From NCBI GenBank assembly GCA_039096225.1, contig JBBPEB010000014.1, positions 248,001 through 312,000 on the forward strand: DNA of 64,000 bases. Direction: 5' to 3'. A program made the position numbers and the translations under genes. The DNA comes from Blastocystis sp. Blastoise. Taxonomy: Eukaryota > Protista > Bigyra: Opalinata. This document shows, one piece after another, positions 1 to 22,473 of the stretch. How positions within the stretch are numbered: the first letter of the stretch is position 1; each line of letters opens with the position of its first letter. The notes beneath the pieces are model-generated. The model saw only the letters and a program-made list of their open reading frames with translations. It ran no database searches and was not told the origin of the DNA.

Positions 1-565
1 AAAAAAATAATTAAAAATAAGTACAACTTCATTGTTGATTATCTAGATTTTATCTACATAGTACTGACTGATATGTTGTTGACTGTAAGACATAGTTTTA
101 TTTCGGAAAATAATAAAAATCTTATATTTATGGCAAACAGAATAAATTTTGAATTCATAACATTGTTTTTTTTTAAATTTCAAAAATTTATCTTTTAGAT
201 ATCAACTACAAACCTAATACAAGCAATAATAAGAATAATATATATATCTATTTGAATGATATTCTTATAGAATATAGTTGATTTCATTGAATAAACCTGA
301 TAAAGGAATTGACCAATAATATTTGAACACCGGGAATCCAGTTTAACAAAGATTAGATGCTATTTTGGGAATCTATAAAAGAATCAGTGTAAAATGAAAA
401 AACCCAAGAATATTCATATTTATTGAAAGAAAAAGTTTCTCTTTTTTTCCTGAACGAAAAGGAATACTGAAGAATGCCTTCTTTAAGATCTTATATAAGA
501 TAATCAATTTATTTTCATAAAATATTTTATTTTGTTCTATACATATTTATATAAAAAGTTGAAAG

Positions 566-1399
566 ATGAGTTATAATCCCTATGGTAATCAACAATATGG
601 TGGTGCTGGTGTCTATGGTCAACCTCCTACTGGAAATCAACCTGGACAAGCTATAAATATTCCTGTTGCTAACTATCAAAATCAACAACCTTATGGTCAA
701 CAACCCCAACAACCCCAACAACCTTATGGTCAACAACCCCAACAACCCCAACAACCTTATGGTCAACAACCCCAACAACCATATGGCCAACAACCTCAAC
801 AACCTCAACAACCTTATGGTCAACAAACTTATCCTCCTCAAGCCTATCCTCCTCAACCTCAAAATCCTTATGGCCAACCTCCTCAACCTCAAAATCCTTA
901 TGGTCAACCTCCTCAAGGTCCTCATGGTCCTCATGGTCCTCATCACCATGGTCATAGTCATAGTCCTGATCGTAATCCTGCTAATCCTGGCTACAATAGA
1001 CCTCAAGCTTATCAATTAAGTTATTGTGTTCATATGTCTAATGTTGGTTGGATGAAGGTTACTCCTGAAGGAGCCATTGCCGGTGAAGAAAGATCTTATA
1101 ACCAAATTGAATGTGTTCGTATAAATTATTCTGGTCCTGGTAGAATTATTATGAGAGCTCATGTTCAAGATATTGGTTGGATGAATGAAGTTGTTAATGG
1201 ACAAGAATGTGGTACCACTGGAAAGGGTTATCGTCTTGAAGCTATTTCTATGAGAACTGATGGAATTGTTGGTAAGACCCTTGAATATAGAGTATATATT
1301 GATAAGAGAGGTTGGACTAATTGGTGTAAAAATGGTGAAGTTGCTGGTACTACTGGACAAGGTAAAGAACTTGAAGCTATTCAAATGCGTTTTGTTTAA
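566..1399 (+). CDS. Intronless protein: N-terminal P/Q/Y/G low-complexity repeats plus three C-terminal ChW (clostridial hydrophobic W) repeats
   Basis: 277-aa ORF with (QQPYGQQP)n repeats, then three units like AHVQDIGW..V.NG..CGTTGKGYRLEAISM that match the ChW repeat pattern. Confidence 0.85.
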   Translation: MSYNPYGNQQYGGAGVYGQPPTGNQPGQAINIPVANYQNQQPYGQQPQQPQQPYGQQPQQPQQPYGQQPQQPYGQQPQQPQQPYGQQTYPPQAYPPQPQNPYGQPPQPQNPYGQPPQGPHGPHGPHHHGHSHSPDRNPANPGYNRPQAYQLSYCVHMSNVGWMKVTPEGAIAGEERSYNQIECVRINYSGPGRIIMRAHVQDIGWMNEVVNGQECGTTGKGYRLEAISMRTDGIVGKTLEYRVYIDKRGWTNWCKNGEVAGTTGQGKELEAIQMRFV

Positions 1400-1847
1400 T
1401 TTAGTTAAATGTAGTATTGATTCAATACATAACATTCTTACTTTTTTTATTTATTAGTCACATATTATGGTGATTCTTTTTCATAAAAATTTGTTGTTGC
1501 TGCTTGTTTTTTTTTTATTTCTTAGGTTATTTGCTTCTATTTTATATTTGCTACTATCTATAAAAAGGAAAAATCATATTATCTATCTATTGCTATTGTT
1601 TTGTTTTCTTCTTTTAAAAGAAAATTATTATATGCTTTTGAGAAATATTAATGTTGTTTTAAAAGAAATATATTATATATATATAAAAATATATTATATA
1701 TTAAAAAAACCCATATTATATATTTAAAAAAACCCATATTATATATTTAAAAAAGCATTATATATTTAAAAAAACCCATATTATATATTACATACTAAAC
1801 AAAACCAAATGACATATACATATATTCATTTCAAAGACAGTATTAAT

Positions 1848-3410
1848 TTACTTGATTTCTTCTTCAATATCTTCATCAATAAAATATTCTATAACTTCTT
1901 CATCTTGTTCAACTAATTCATCGTTTTCCCATCGACCGGATTCTGTAACACCATCAATAGAGTAATATGTACCTTTCCCACATTTAACATCATTCTTCCA
2001 TTCACCACGATACATATCACCTTTACCATAGGTATAGATACCTAAACCATTATAATTATCATCTTTAAAATAACCTTCATAACAGTCCTTGTTATTATAT
2101 ACATATTTTCCTTTTCCTTCTTTCTTTCCCTGTTTATAATATCCACTATATACCTCTCCATTCTTATATTTAAATATTCCTTTTCCATTCATTTCATCTT
2201 CTTTCCATTCTCCTTCATATATACCATCTTCACTCTTATAAATACCATATCCATCCATATTTCCTTCTTTCCAATCTCCATCATATTCATCACCATCATT
2301 ATATACATATCGACCTCTACCATTCTCTAAATCATCTATCCAATCACCATCATAATAATCACCATCACTATATATATACTTACCTTTTCCATTTTTCTTA
2401 TCGTCCTTATAATCTCCTATATAAAGTTCTCCTTTCTTAGGACCAGATACATATACACTTCTTGCTCTTCCTACCTTTTTAGAATGACATAAGTAACCAG
2501 TATAATATTCATCACTCATCATTTTATCCTTTACTAATACACTTTCTTCTAAAGAGTCTGTTACTATATATATATTAAGATAATGATGTTGATATCATAA
2601 ATAAATATATATTAGTTTTGTAATTAAAAAAAAGTAATAATAAATATTTTTTAAGATAATGATGTTGATATCATAAATAAATATATACTAATAATATTAT
2701 TTAAAAAAAGTAATAATAACAAACATATATTAAGATAATGATATTTAAATCATAAAGAAACAAATATATATTATAATATAGTAAAAAAATGACTAAAAAC
2801 ATTATTAAAATATTTATTATATACATGTAGGTGTGAAAGGTTCAGCAATGTATTTCTTTTGTATATTTGAATATATATCACTTTCTTTGTTACCTGTTTT
2901 ATCTGTAAACATATTATTAGATTATATATAACAAATAGTTATAAAAACTAAAAAAAAAATGAGAATTTTACATACTAGGTATATTTGAAGTTTTATCGAC
3001 AAGAGAGACAAAACAAGTTATATTACAAAGTTGCTTTGAACGTCTTATATCATCAGGATCATATAGACTTATCTTTATTTCTCCTATACAAAAAATTAAA
3101 AAAAAAACAAATGAGTAATATACCATTCGTTTTATTGCTTACAGGCGATACTCCACTACAAAGTATTCTTCCCCTTCGCTTTCTAGAATAATCTTAGATG
3201 AAAAATAATACAGAAATACAAAGAAAATTGTAGTTGCATGGAGAAAACACCAATAGGTATAAGAAATGATTTGCAAATATATCCATTATCTGACGAGAGT
3301 ACTGGTGATTTTGGCTCTTTATTAAAGCCAACAAATAAATCACAGTCTTCAGCAGATAACTTTTTATCAAAACACAACTTTATATTATCAAACAATAAAC
3401 TTGAAACCAT
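1848..3410 (-). CDS. MORN-repeat protein (about 5 exons; N-terminal region unassigned, possibly C2-like)
   Basis: Last exon has about 7 Y-x-G-x-W/Y...G-x-G-x-Y MORN repeats and an acidic tail. Upstream exons join in frame through GT-AG introns. Start codon uncertain. Confidence 0.8.
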
Positions 3411-4633
3411 ATTCACATAAATAAATACAATTGTATTTCTCTTCAGATCTGACTGAAAAAAGACTTGTTTTTTTTTTTAAAGTTTTTAATCAGTATTATT
3501 TTCATTTATAGAGTTATTGTTATACTATAATCATGATAGTTGTTATCTGATTCTGACTGTTTTTTTGTCAAGTATACTTTTTTTGTTATTTCCTATAAAT
3601 GTATATTTATTATCTTTACAGTTGATGAAACTTATATATTTATATATATATCACACAATGAGTGAGATATAGTGATCAATAACATTGAGTGAATAATTGA
3701 ATTTATTTTTTGTTACGAGTATAGTTAAAGGAAAAGTATTTTTCAGATGTAGAAGAATGAATTACATCGGATTGGTATATAAATCTACTTTTTATGATGT
3801 TTTTCACTGAAATTAATATTTTTTATTTCATATCTTTGTTATTTCTCTTTCAGCTTCATTTCTGTATGAATATTGTGGGCATAAAACTTTATTATACTTT
3901 GAAATTAGTAAAATAGGTATATATTTGATGTTTTTCTGTTATAATAAGGAGCAAACTATATAATAGTTTAACTATAATAGATCCTATATAATGAATAACA
4001 AAGAGACAACAAATACATATGAAAACAAATTTTGGAAAATGAAAATATCTATAAATTAATTTCTGATAACATAAACACTATATACATATTATTTGAACAT
4101 AATAATTCGCATTAGATATATATTTTTTTCTCACATAAAAATTATATGCTTGTCATTTCGTTGTTTTTTAATACTTCAACATAAATCACATTAATATAAA
4201 AGAAAATATATATTCAAATGTTATAATTTTAATGAGTCATGTTTTTTGTGTTTTCAATATATATATATATGCTGAAGGAATATCAAGTGATTTATATAAT
4301 TATATATATCTTACTGAACATATCAATTACACAAGAAAACGAATATATTGCATAACTAAATAATATTTTAAATAATAAATAGAGACGAAAGCAATCATAG
4401 AGAATTACTGTTTCCATGTATAAGCTAAAAGAATAGAGTGTTCCATTTTAACATAAATGTAATAAAAAAAATAAAACGTAGAAAATAGAAAAAAAGATTA
4501 TCACGAGTGATAAGGATAAAACAATTAAAATCCAACGATAAAAATAATATATATATATATAAACATAAAATGCTATCTATAGAAAATAGAATATAAAGAA
4601 TAGATTAAGATAAGATAATTGAACCAATGCTAA

Positions 4634-9589
<4,956 letters not shown>

Positions 9590-10816
9590 TATTTTCCGTT
9601 TGCTATCTTCACGTACTAAGTAACGATACTATAAAAATAAAGAAGAAATTCCTTTTAATAGTCAAACGAAATCGTTAATTCAATTATGTATTCTTTTTTT
9701 GTTTCACAAGAATCTCCCATAAAAAAACAAAAATTTTGTGAACACTTTTCAAATTTTTCATTATTATTCATTAACTATTTTGAATCGATAATACCTTTTT
9801 GTCGTGATTATTTTAAAATATCTATTATGTACTTTTCTTGTAAACATCATAAAGAAAGATAACAAAACATAATCCATTAATATAACAACAAAATTTGTTT
9901 TTAAAACACACGTTCTCATTATTTATAAATTATTTTAGTTTAATATTAATATAAACGCAATGTGTAATATATATTATGTAATCATTCTCTTCATAAATCA
10001 GAATGAAAATGACTAGTCATAAATCATTAATTCATTTCCGAATTCTGTCTTGTCTTGGATATTTCATTACTATTCTTGATCATTTTATTATGCATAAAAT
10101 ACGCCATATTCTCTTTTTACAAAATATGTAATAATTATTATTTTCACAAACCACAAAATAACTAATTGTATGAATATGTGTCATACTAGTGCATATCAAA
10201 AAATATTTGGACAACCAAATCAGAAAGCAAATTCTAATCAATATGTGTTCATTCTCATTAAAGTGAGCAGTTATGAATACAGTAGTATATCAGACCTCAT
10301 TTCATATCTCAAAAATATTTGTCGACGATCTTATTAATAATTATCATATTTACTCTGTCATTTTCACAATTTTGGGACTATTATTGTATTTCAGTTTACT
10401 CATATGATATATTTGATGACTCTGAGTAACTTCTGGCAATAAATTTATAATTTTAATTTTATTTAGTTGTTAGTTTCACAAGGAAAAAACGAATATAGTT
10501 TATAAAATTTAAAATAAACATTGTTTGATATTCAATATCCCATGCTATCTGCATAGAAAAATTCATAGTCTACTGAGTGATTGAAACGTCATCTAAGCAA
10601 CACTGTAAATGGTCTGCATATATTGATGATATCTTTATGATGGATGCTATCATTGCATCGGCTTCTTTTTGAATATACATTGGAATTGAATGGAATATAT
10701 TCGAGTCTAGTTTAATATGTAAAAGATTTCATCTTTTAATTGTGTTTTGTTGTTAAATGAAGTGTCATCGTCATTCTAAAAATTTGATGAACCAATAAGA
10801 ACGGAACTTTTAGCTA

Positions 10817-12242
10817 CAATCAGTGCCAAAACCTGACAACCCTTATCGTTTTCAATAGTTACGGGGAATTTTTTGACGCGGTTTTTTTTGTTTGAATTGT
10901 AATAACATGTAGAATATATTCTAGAAATTTCTAGAATATATAATTAGTGGTTTTGGAAAAACAGAAATTTTAATTGGAACACAATTACTCTGAGACCTTT
11001 TTTAACCCTTTAAAAATAGTTTTATTCTTTAAAAATAAGTTGTGTATGGGTAAATACGTCGTTATAACTGAAAGAGAGTTTAGAAAGATGATAAGAGACG
11101 GGTACACGGATGAACAGATTGCCATTCATTTTCATTGTTCGCTTAGAACTGTTGCCCGTAGAAGGTCCCAATACAATATGTCCAAGTCAACTAAGAAAGG
11201 TGGAAGACCACAAGTTTTAACTCCTTCTAATTTACGAGAAATCAATAATATTGTCCCAAAAAGCTCTGAGAACTCTAGCGTTTTATTGGATATCTTCCAA
11301 AAGAAAACCGGTACTCATGTCTCAAAAAGGTCCTTTATTAGAGGACTCCATGCTGTTGGTTACGTCGCCAAAAAGAAGCTTCATAAACCACTCATATCGG
11401 AGAAAAATAGAAAAGTCCGATTGGATTGGTGTTTAAAATACCGAAATATGCCAATAAGTTTCTGGGAAAACGTCCTCTGGTCTGACGAGTGTTCTATTAG
11501 AACACATCAATCAACCTTTCAAGAATACTATTGGAAGAAACCTGGTTCTCCAAATAAGCCGTCAGAAATCATTCCAACCATGAAAAACGATGGAAAATCG
11601 ATTATGATTTGGGGATGTATGACGCAACATGGTGCTGGTCAAATGGAGGTCCTTGATGGTCATGTGACATCATTAAAGTATGGAGAAACTCTTGGTCGAA
11701 CTCTTCCGTCAACCGTGGAAAAATTGCAAATTGACCCCAAAACTATGGTATTCCAACAGGATAATGCTCCTATTCACAAGTCAAAAAAGATGAATAGTTT
11801 CTTTAAAACTGCTCAACTTACAGTGATTGATTGGCCTCCACAGTCCCCAGACCTTAATCCCATTGAACATCTTTGGGTCTATATTAAAAGAAGATTACAA
11901 AGAAATTCCCATTGCGGATATACTTTGAGTCAACTAAAGGTCGAAGTTGACAAGATATGGAGGTCAATACCTGTAAATGTATGTGAAAGGCTTGTTTTAT
12001 CAATGCCGAAAAGAATTGAGGCAGTAATAGCCAATAATGGTGGATTTACAAGATATTAATATTTGTGTTTCAATTCAAAAAAATGGTTTTTTAAATTTTT
12101 TTCCATGACGCTTATTTGTTTTGTTTCCCTGTTTTAATAGTCAATACAACCTTTGATGACAAATGACTTAATAAAAAAAAAACAAAGAAAAACTCGCCAG
12201 TTTAAAAAAAAAACCGAGGTTGTCAGGTTTTGGCACTGATTG
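10817..12242 (+). mobile_element. Intact Tc1/mariner-superfamily (Tc1, DD34E) DNA transposon, 1426 bp
   Basis: Perfect 25-bp TIRs CAATCAGTGCCAAAACCTGACAACC (10817-10841; reverse complement 12218-12242), TA target duplication at 10815-16 and 12243-44, and an internal transposase ORF. Confidence 0.97.
11046..12059 (+). CDS. Tc1 transposase (DD34E)
   Basis: N-terminal HTH with GRP motif; WSDE, FQQDNA and SPDLNPIE motifs, with 34 residues between the second D and the E. No introns or stops. Confidence 0.95.
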   Translation: MGKYVVITEREFRKMIRDGYTDEQIAIHFHCSLRTVARRRSQYNMSKSTKKGGRPQVLTPSNLREINNIVPKSSENSSVLLDIFQKKTGTHVSKRSFIRGLHAVGYVAKKKLHKPLISEKNRKVRLDWCLKYRNMPISFWENVLWSDECSIRTHQSTFQEYYWKKPGSPNKPSEIIPTMKNDGKSIMIWGCMTQHGAGQMEVLDGHVTSLKYGETLGRTLPSTVEKLQIDPKTMVFQQDNAPIHKSKKMNSFFKTAQLTVIDWPPQSPDLNPIEHLWVYIKRRLQRNSHCGYTLSQLKVEVDKIWRSIPVNVCERLVLSMPKRIEAVIANNGGFTRY

Positions 12243-12857
12243 TATTAGCAAATAGAATTCCTCATATGACTTCTTTTCTTGGAGCAGAAGTAGCGGCCAA
12301 TTGTTTGCAACAAGGCAAAAGAATTTGTTTTTGAATGATCAAAGCATGGAATCATGGTTTTTTTGAAAAAAACACTGGAATCTTGTCATTTCTTCGTTTG
12401 TTCAAAAAATATTTATGGTTTTTTTAAACAAAAAAGAGTCAGTTGTTTTAGGTAGAAATAAGATTGTTCATTCGGTCTTTTAAACTTATGACCAATCATA
12501 GTATCTATATAACGGTTTCGGCTATAATACTGATTATTTCACAAATCCTAGTAATAAAAAGTAAATAAACTTGGTTATGTTATTTATATGAAGACAGTTC
12601 AGTCATAATTTTTCCAATGAAAAGAATCGAAAAGGGTATGAAAACTAGTTTCCCAGGAGAATTAATTGTTTTTTAGTGGAAAATATTGAGGCAGACCCCA
12701 AATCAATCAAAACATTGATTGACCAATGAAAATCTCTATAATGCGTTCTTACTAAAGAAAGGTCAATGTCATAGGGAATTATGAAAATTCTTCATCTCTT
12801 TATTTTATATAATTAAAACTATTATTCTTCATACTCTTTCGATTTTATATCTTGAAA

Positions 12858-16318
<3,461 letters not shown>

Positions 16319-16691
16319 AATATATAGATATATATATAAACTCCTTTCTCTCACTATATACATATATTCTTATTACTATCAGCCATCTATTTTATATATA
16401 TATATATCTTTCTTATTTCCACGTTTTTAATAAATATAACACGTTTCTATATAAAGCAATATAAATATATTCTATTTTTAATCCTTCTATTCATATTATT
16501 TTTTATTCATATACTTTTACATTTTTTTATATTATGTAGTGCTATACTCATTACATAATATGTATATTGTATATCAATAATTGTTCATGTATATATATAT
16601 ATATATATTCCTAATTTCATATTTTATCATTTTTCTCTATTTTTGCTGTTTACTTTTTGTTTTTATTATTCTACTGAAACCAAAAGTTTTC

Positions 16692-16724
<33 letters not shown>

Positions 16725-18411
16725 CTATTCTTTTGTTCTCATAATTCATCCAGTCTCCTCTATATATATATATATATTACATATATTATTATCATTATTC
16801 CTTTTGTCTTAATAATAATAATATTCAAATATGTCTATTATTCTATTTCCTCTTCTTTCCTTTTTTATTTTATTCGTGTTTTTATTCATAATCATAAGCC
16901 TTACATATTTATTTATTTATTTATATAACTAAGTATGTAATTACTCCTTCTTTTCCTTATTTATTTGGACACTTCTATTCTATATATATATATAATTCTT
17001 TTCCTATATTATTGTTGCTTTTTTTTTTTTTTTTTATTCTTAATATAGTATATATTATAATATATTCAAAGGGTTGCATATCTTTTTATAGGATATATAT
17101 ACTCTTCTTCTATATATGGTAGTAGCTATTCATATTATTCATATCTGACCAACATTCTCTTCATTACCTATCTTTTCATCAATTTTTTAATTTTATTTTT
17201 TATTTTTTAAATTATGTATATATACTTATATGTATTTACTTTTTGTATCTATCTATGTATAAGCATACTATTTAAGTTTCAATTACCTCTATTTTTACTC
17301 TTTGGCGGTTTTATACCTCAAGAAGTAGGTCCCCAAATAATTCAAGTGTTTTACATTACTTTTTAGTTAGTTATTTTTTTTCTTTTTTTTAAAGTCCTTT
17401 TGTTTTTTTTCCTTATTGAGTCCTATTTTTCATTTTTTAAATTATGTTTCTTTTTATTTATTATGCTCATCAAGTATTTATATGTATATTTCTTATAAAT
17501 ACGGGCATCATCTCGTGTGAATTGTTTTTTTTGTCTGAAACAATCCTCTTTATATTATTATATATCCTCTCTATATATATATTTAAGTATTTATAATTTC
17601 TATTTGATATGTCTTTTATTATGCGTTTCTTGTATATTGTTTCTCATTATTTTCTTTTAATGATATATATATATATGTATGTATATATATATATACCAAT
17701 TTCCCCATTCATGTGACTTTCGTTACTTATATCTATTTATATGAATTTCTCATTATATTGCCATTCATATATTATCAGTACCTGTATATGTGTTAACTGA
17801 TTTTTTTATCTACTCTTTTCATTATTATATATATCCATCAATTTCTTTTTTCTACTTTATATTCTATTTTTTTTATATTCCTTTTATTAACATGATATAT
17901 TTCTACGCTGTTATTCTTAGAAATATTTATATATATATATATTGAATAGTATTTATTTCATATAAAGTTTTCATAAATCTTAGTGTAATAATATTTTATT
18001 GTTTATTTTTTTAATTTCATTTGTTGTTTTTCACGTTGTGTATGTTATATATATATATATTAAAATCATTAAATTATATATATTTGTGTAGTTTACTCAG
18101 ATGTCTCTTTTCTGAAAATATCTTAACATTTGTTTTTATTATTTTTTTTTTATATATCACGAGTATTATCTAACAATATATATATAATATATATTATTTG
18201 TTTGTTTTGTTTTGTATACATACTTAAACACAAAACATTTTTAAATATTTATATCAATTGAACTAGATTGCATTGAACAACTATTTTATTTTGAACGCAA
18301 ATATAATTATATATTTAAAAATATAGAAAAATAATACTAAAAACATTGTATATGATGATAAATAAAGAGAAGAAAAGAAATAAATAATAAATAGGACTGA
18401 TACGTTAGTAA

Positions 18412-21400
18412 TTATACAAGTTCAAATTCTTCATTATCCATATTATTTTGACTGTTCATTATATATTGATTGTCTGGAATAGAGAAGAGAGTATCCATTT
18501 TCTTCTTCAAGGAATCTAAGCCTACGACTGATTCTACATATCCATCTTCACATAAAATACATTGAATAGAGTTTATTCGGTTGTTATAGAGATCTTGTTG
18601 AATGGATTCTGAACATGCAGAACAATGAGAATAACTAGAAGACTGTTGAGGACATAAGGAATACGAAGAAAGAAAGAAACGAATCTAAAGCAAAAAGGAA
18701 TATTTATTATTATATTTATTATATTTATTACTATTCTATGTTTAATATAATTAAAATATATATATATATATATTATATATACGGAATCTGGAATATTTCC
18801 AAGATATCCTTGTTTAATTGAATTTTCTTCTTCGTTTGATAAAGTTGATGATGATATATTGTTTTCATTATTTATAGTTCTATCTGACGATTTCTGTTTT
18901 TCAACTTGCTTTGGAAGAGTATTGATTTCATGTATAGAAGAGATATATAGTTCTACTCCAATTCCTGCAGCTATACTTGCTAGTCCAGGACGAGTAATAG
19001 TACAAGATTGATCCATCGATAAATATTGAGAAGAATCGCGGGGAACAACAACATCTGAACAGAAATAACAGGCTGAATGTGGTGAAGAAGGAGGAGGAAG
19101 AGGAAGAGAAATGATTGTGTCTTTTTCACGGTTATTAACAGATATATAAGGTCGAAGGAGAGGAGAAGGAGAAAGAGATCTTAATATAGTATCCTCTCTA
19201 TGTACTTTATGATGATATTTCTCATGAAGAGAAGAAGGAGAAGAAATAGAAGAAGCTAATGAATATATATAGGATGGAGGGGGAAACTCTGTAGATATAT
19301 TTGGATATTGTTCATATATTGAAGGATAGAAGAAGGAATAGAGAGATATACTCGTAGATAATGAAGAGAGTGAAGGTGTATTCGACATATTCACGTGGTT
19401 ATTCATATATAAAGGATTATCAATACTATTACTTGAAGAGGATATTCCTCGTAAAGAATCAAGTATATTAATTGAATCATTATTTTGAATATTCCGTTCT
19501 CCGTACTTCATGACGAGCATATCATCATTTCCAAGAGCAATAGATATGCATTTCTTATTCGCTAGAGAACATAAAATTGTTGGAAGATATCGACTTTCAC
19601 GTGTATCTGTGAGTAGAAATACAACATCTGATTGGTCGATTGCAAGACACAATTGAAGAAATTGTTTGAAGAATTGTTCTGAGTGAAGAAATTGTTTTGT
19701 TTCTTTGAAAGGAAGAGGTATTGAGAATGTAAGAGCAGAAGCAGAGAGAGATGGAGAGATGGCTTTCAAACTCTCTAGAGCGAGTATTGATTTATATTGA
19801 TTAGATTGAATATCTTTAAATGTATAGAGTGATTGTCGAATAGGATTAGAAGCCGATATACGTGCATGATCTAATAATATCATGGATGATACACCCCAAG
19901 CCATTAATGCTCGTGCTACAGAGCAACCAAGTGCGCCTGCTCCTATGAGAAAACATCGCATAGAACACAATGTATCCATCTATAGAGAGAAGAAGAGGAA
20001 TAGTACAATAGAATATATGTAATAGTTTATTATTATATTATACTAATTATTATTTTATTATATTATATCTATTATATTATTATAATTATATGTGTATTAT
20101 ATAACTACACTTATACTAATTAATATTATATATTATATTTATATATATATTATATATATACATCAAGTTCTGGATAGACTCTCCATTTCATTAATTTAAG
20201 ATTTAGAGTGATACTATTTTGACTAATAGAATTCGACTGAATATATTTCGATAAATCTACAGTAGAGACTGTGGAAGAAGAAGAAGTAGAAGAAGAAAAA
20301 GAGAAGAAGCATGGAGTTTGAAATACTATAGAGAATATGAATATATAGATAGAGAAAGAATATATAATTATATACATTGTTGTTCACACCATGGAATATA
20401 TATATTTACACGATTATACTCATGAGACGTATTCTATATAAATATGTAATATATATATATCTTATCTATTTCTTAAATATATTATTATTATATATACATG
20501 AACTCTAAGAAATTGAATAGTAATATATAGAACATAAGATGGGTCATATATATAAGTAGATAGAAGATATTGTATATAATAAAGGAAGTTTAATAATAGT
20601 GGTGAAGGATATTCTTTGGATCCCCCATCTAGAAAAACAAACTGTAACGGATATGGAACACTATTTTGTTCTTTATGAATTGATTGGAAGTATGTAAATA
20701 GCTGTTGACTTATTGAGGGAAGTGATATATAGCAAGCAGAATTCATAGTATTTTCAATAAGCATATAAACAGCAGAATAAGGTTTAGTGTTATGACTTAT
20801 AAAATGATGTTCAAGAGGAAAAGGGAATGAGGAATTGTGATTTATAGAAGTATCTTGAAGAAGAGTTGTAGAAGAATTGTGTTTTATATAATGATCTTGA
20901 AGAGAAGGTGGAGAGGAATTGTATTTTATAGAATGATCTTGAAGAGGAGTTGTAGAAGATTTATATTTTATAGAATGATCTTGAAGGGAAGGTGTAGAAA
21001 GATCATGAATATATGGAGATGGTGATATATGTTGATAGCAGAATTGTGAAGAAGGAGAGCTAATAGTATTAAATGCATAACGATAAGAGATTATATGATG
21101 TTTCAAATCAGTATATACACATAGAAAGAAACGTAGAATTGATTGATCAGTAATTGATTTCTTATCAAATAGAGGATACTATAGATAAGAAAATAATTAA
21201 ATAATATATAAATATTACTTGAGAGAAACATTTATTCATTACTTGATAACAATTATCTTCTTCGAATTCCTAGTGATATTAAAGAAAGATAAAAAGGAGG
21301 ATTGAAAGAAGAAGAAGAGAAGAAGAAGAATAAGAGAAGAAGAAGAAGAAGATAAAAAGAAGAAGAAGAGAAAAAGAAGAAGAAGATAAAAAGAAGATAT

Positions 21401-21835
21401 TAAAGCAAAAAGAAAAGAAAAACAAAAAAAATTACTTGTTTTGTATTAACAATGAGCAAATCACCATAAAGAAGAGTTTCATAATTTGATCTAGAAATAA
21501 ATAATAATTTTCAAATATACTTACAGATTGGTTGGCTTTATATTGCTAAAGGAATCCTTAATAAGAATAACTTGTGTTTTTTGTGTGTAATTAGGTTCTT
21601 GAAGAACACCCATAACACTCTAAAAATAGAAATTATTATTTCTCATAATCAACTAGAAATACAATCAACGATTTATCTAATTTGTATATATTCAGCTTTC
21701 TGCTTTCTAGTTCTAGCCAGAAATCATTTCTTGGCAATAAAATAATTGACTAAAAAAATTCAAATTGAGTCACAATATTTTTAATACAGAGAATTGAAGC
21801 TGCTTCCATTGATTATTCATTGGCTGTGTATTCAT
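18412..21835 (-). CDS. ATG7: Ubiquitin-like modifier-activating enzyme ATG7
   Basis: LQF...FWLELESRKLNIYKLD N-terminus; LNLKLMKWR, GAGALG, SNPIRQSL, TDTRESR, CYFC, catalytic DQSCTITRPG and CSACS motifs. Contains Ser-rich insertions and a 14-aa LQDH repeat. Confidence 0.93.
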
Positions 21836-22473
21836 GAATTATGAAATAGATTTAGAAACTACAAATAAATATATTTTTGATATTTTATTAAGGACATTAA
21901 GAAATCTTCGTTTTTGATTTCTTCATAAATGACAATATGATGATTTTAATTATTTTTTTTCATCAGTATAAACTATTGATATGTAATTCAAAAATCATAC
22001 ACTTAGAAAATCACCAGTATTTAAGAAATGAATTGGATCAATATCTTATTTGCTTATATATTTTTGTGTTTATACATAATTCAACATCTATATTCGTAAC
22101 AATAGCTATATACACTTTAAATAATAAATCTATATATAAATAATGGAATGCATTTATAAAAAACGAAATACATTTATTATTTTTTGTTGGATACAATTTT
22201 ATATTTTATTACAACAATATTCAAAATAATATCTAAGAAAATAAAAATATAGAACACCAATTTCATACTGAACAGTAACAATAGATTTTCATATCACTAA
22301 ACCTCAATATTGATCTTATTATTCATTCATTTATTAACTTAATTACCCATTATTAGGTACTAAATCACATTATTGTTTTTTTCTGAAATGTTTTTAAAAA
22401 TATTCAACACTTTTTTTACTGTTAAAAATGGAAAAATGCAACTGAATTTTATTTTATTTTATTTTCTCATTAA

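Noticed and set aside
527-1435. Antisense and alternate-frame ORFs over the ChW gene (likewise over the peroxiredoxin, SRP54 and EEF2)
   Set aside because: Shadows of strongly biased codon usage and repeats; no independent motifs.
1690-1790. ~25-bp tandem repeat (AAAAAAACCCATATTATATATTT) between convergent genes
   Set aside because: Simple minisatellite; not telomeric, and no structure suggesting function.
10250-12430. Coding-like sequence flanking the Tc1 insertion (possible disrupted gene)
   Set aside because: All frames contain multiple stops after removing the element, and I recognise no protein family. It may be a decayed relic but is unsupported.
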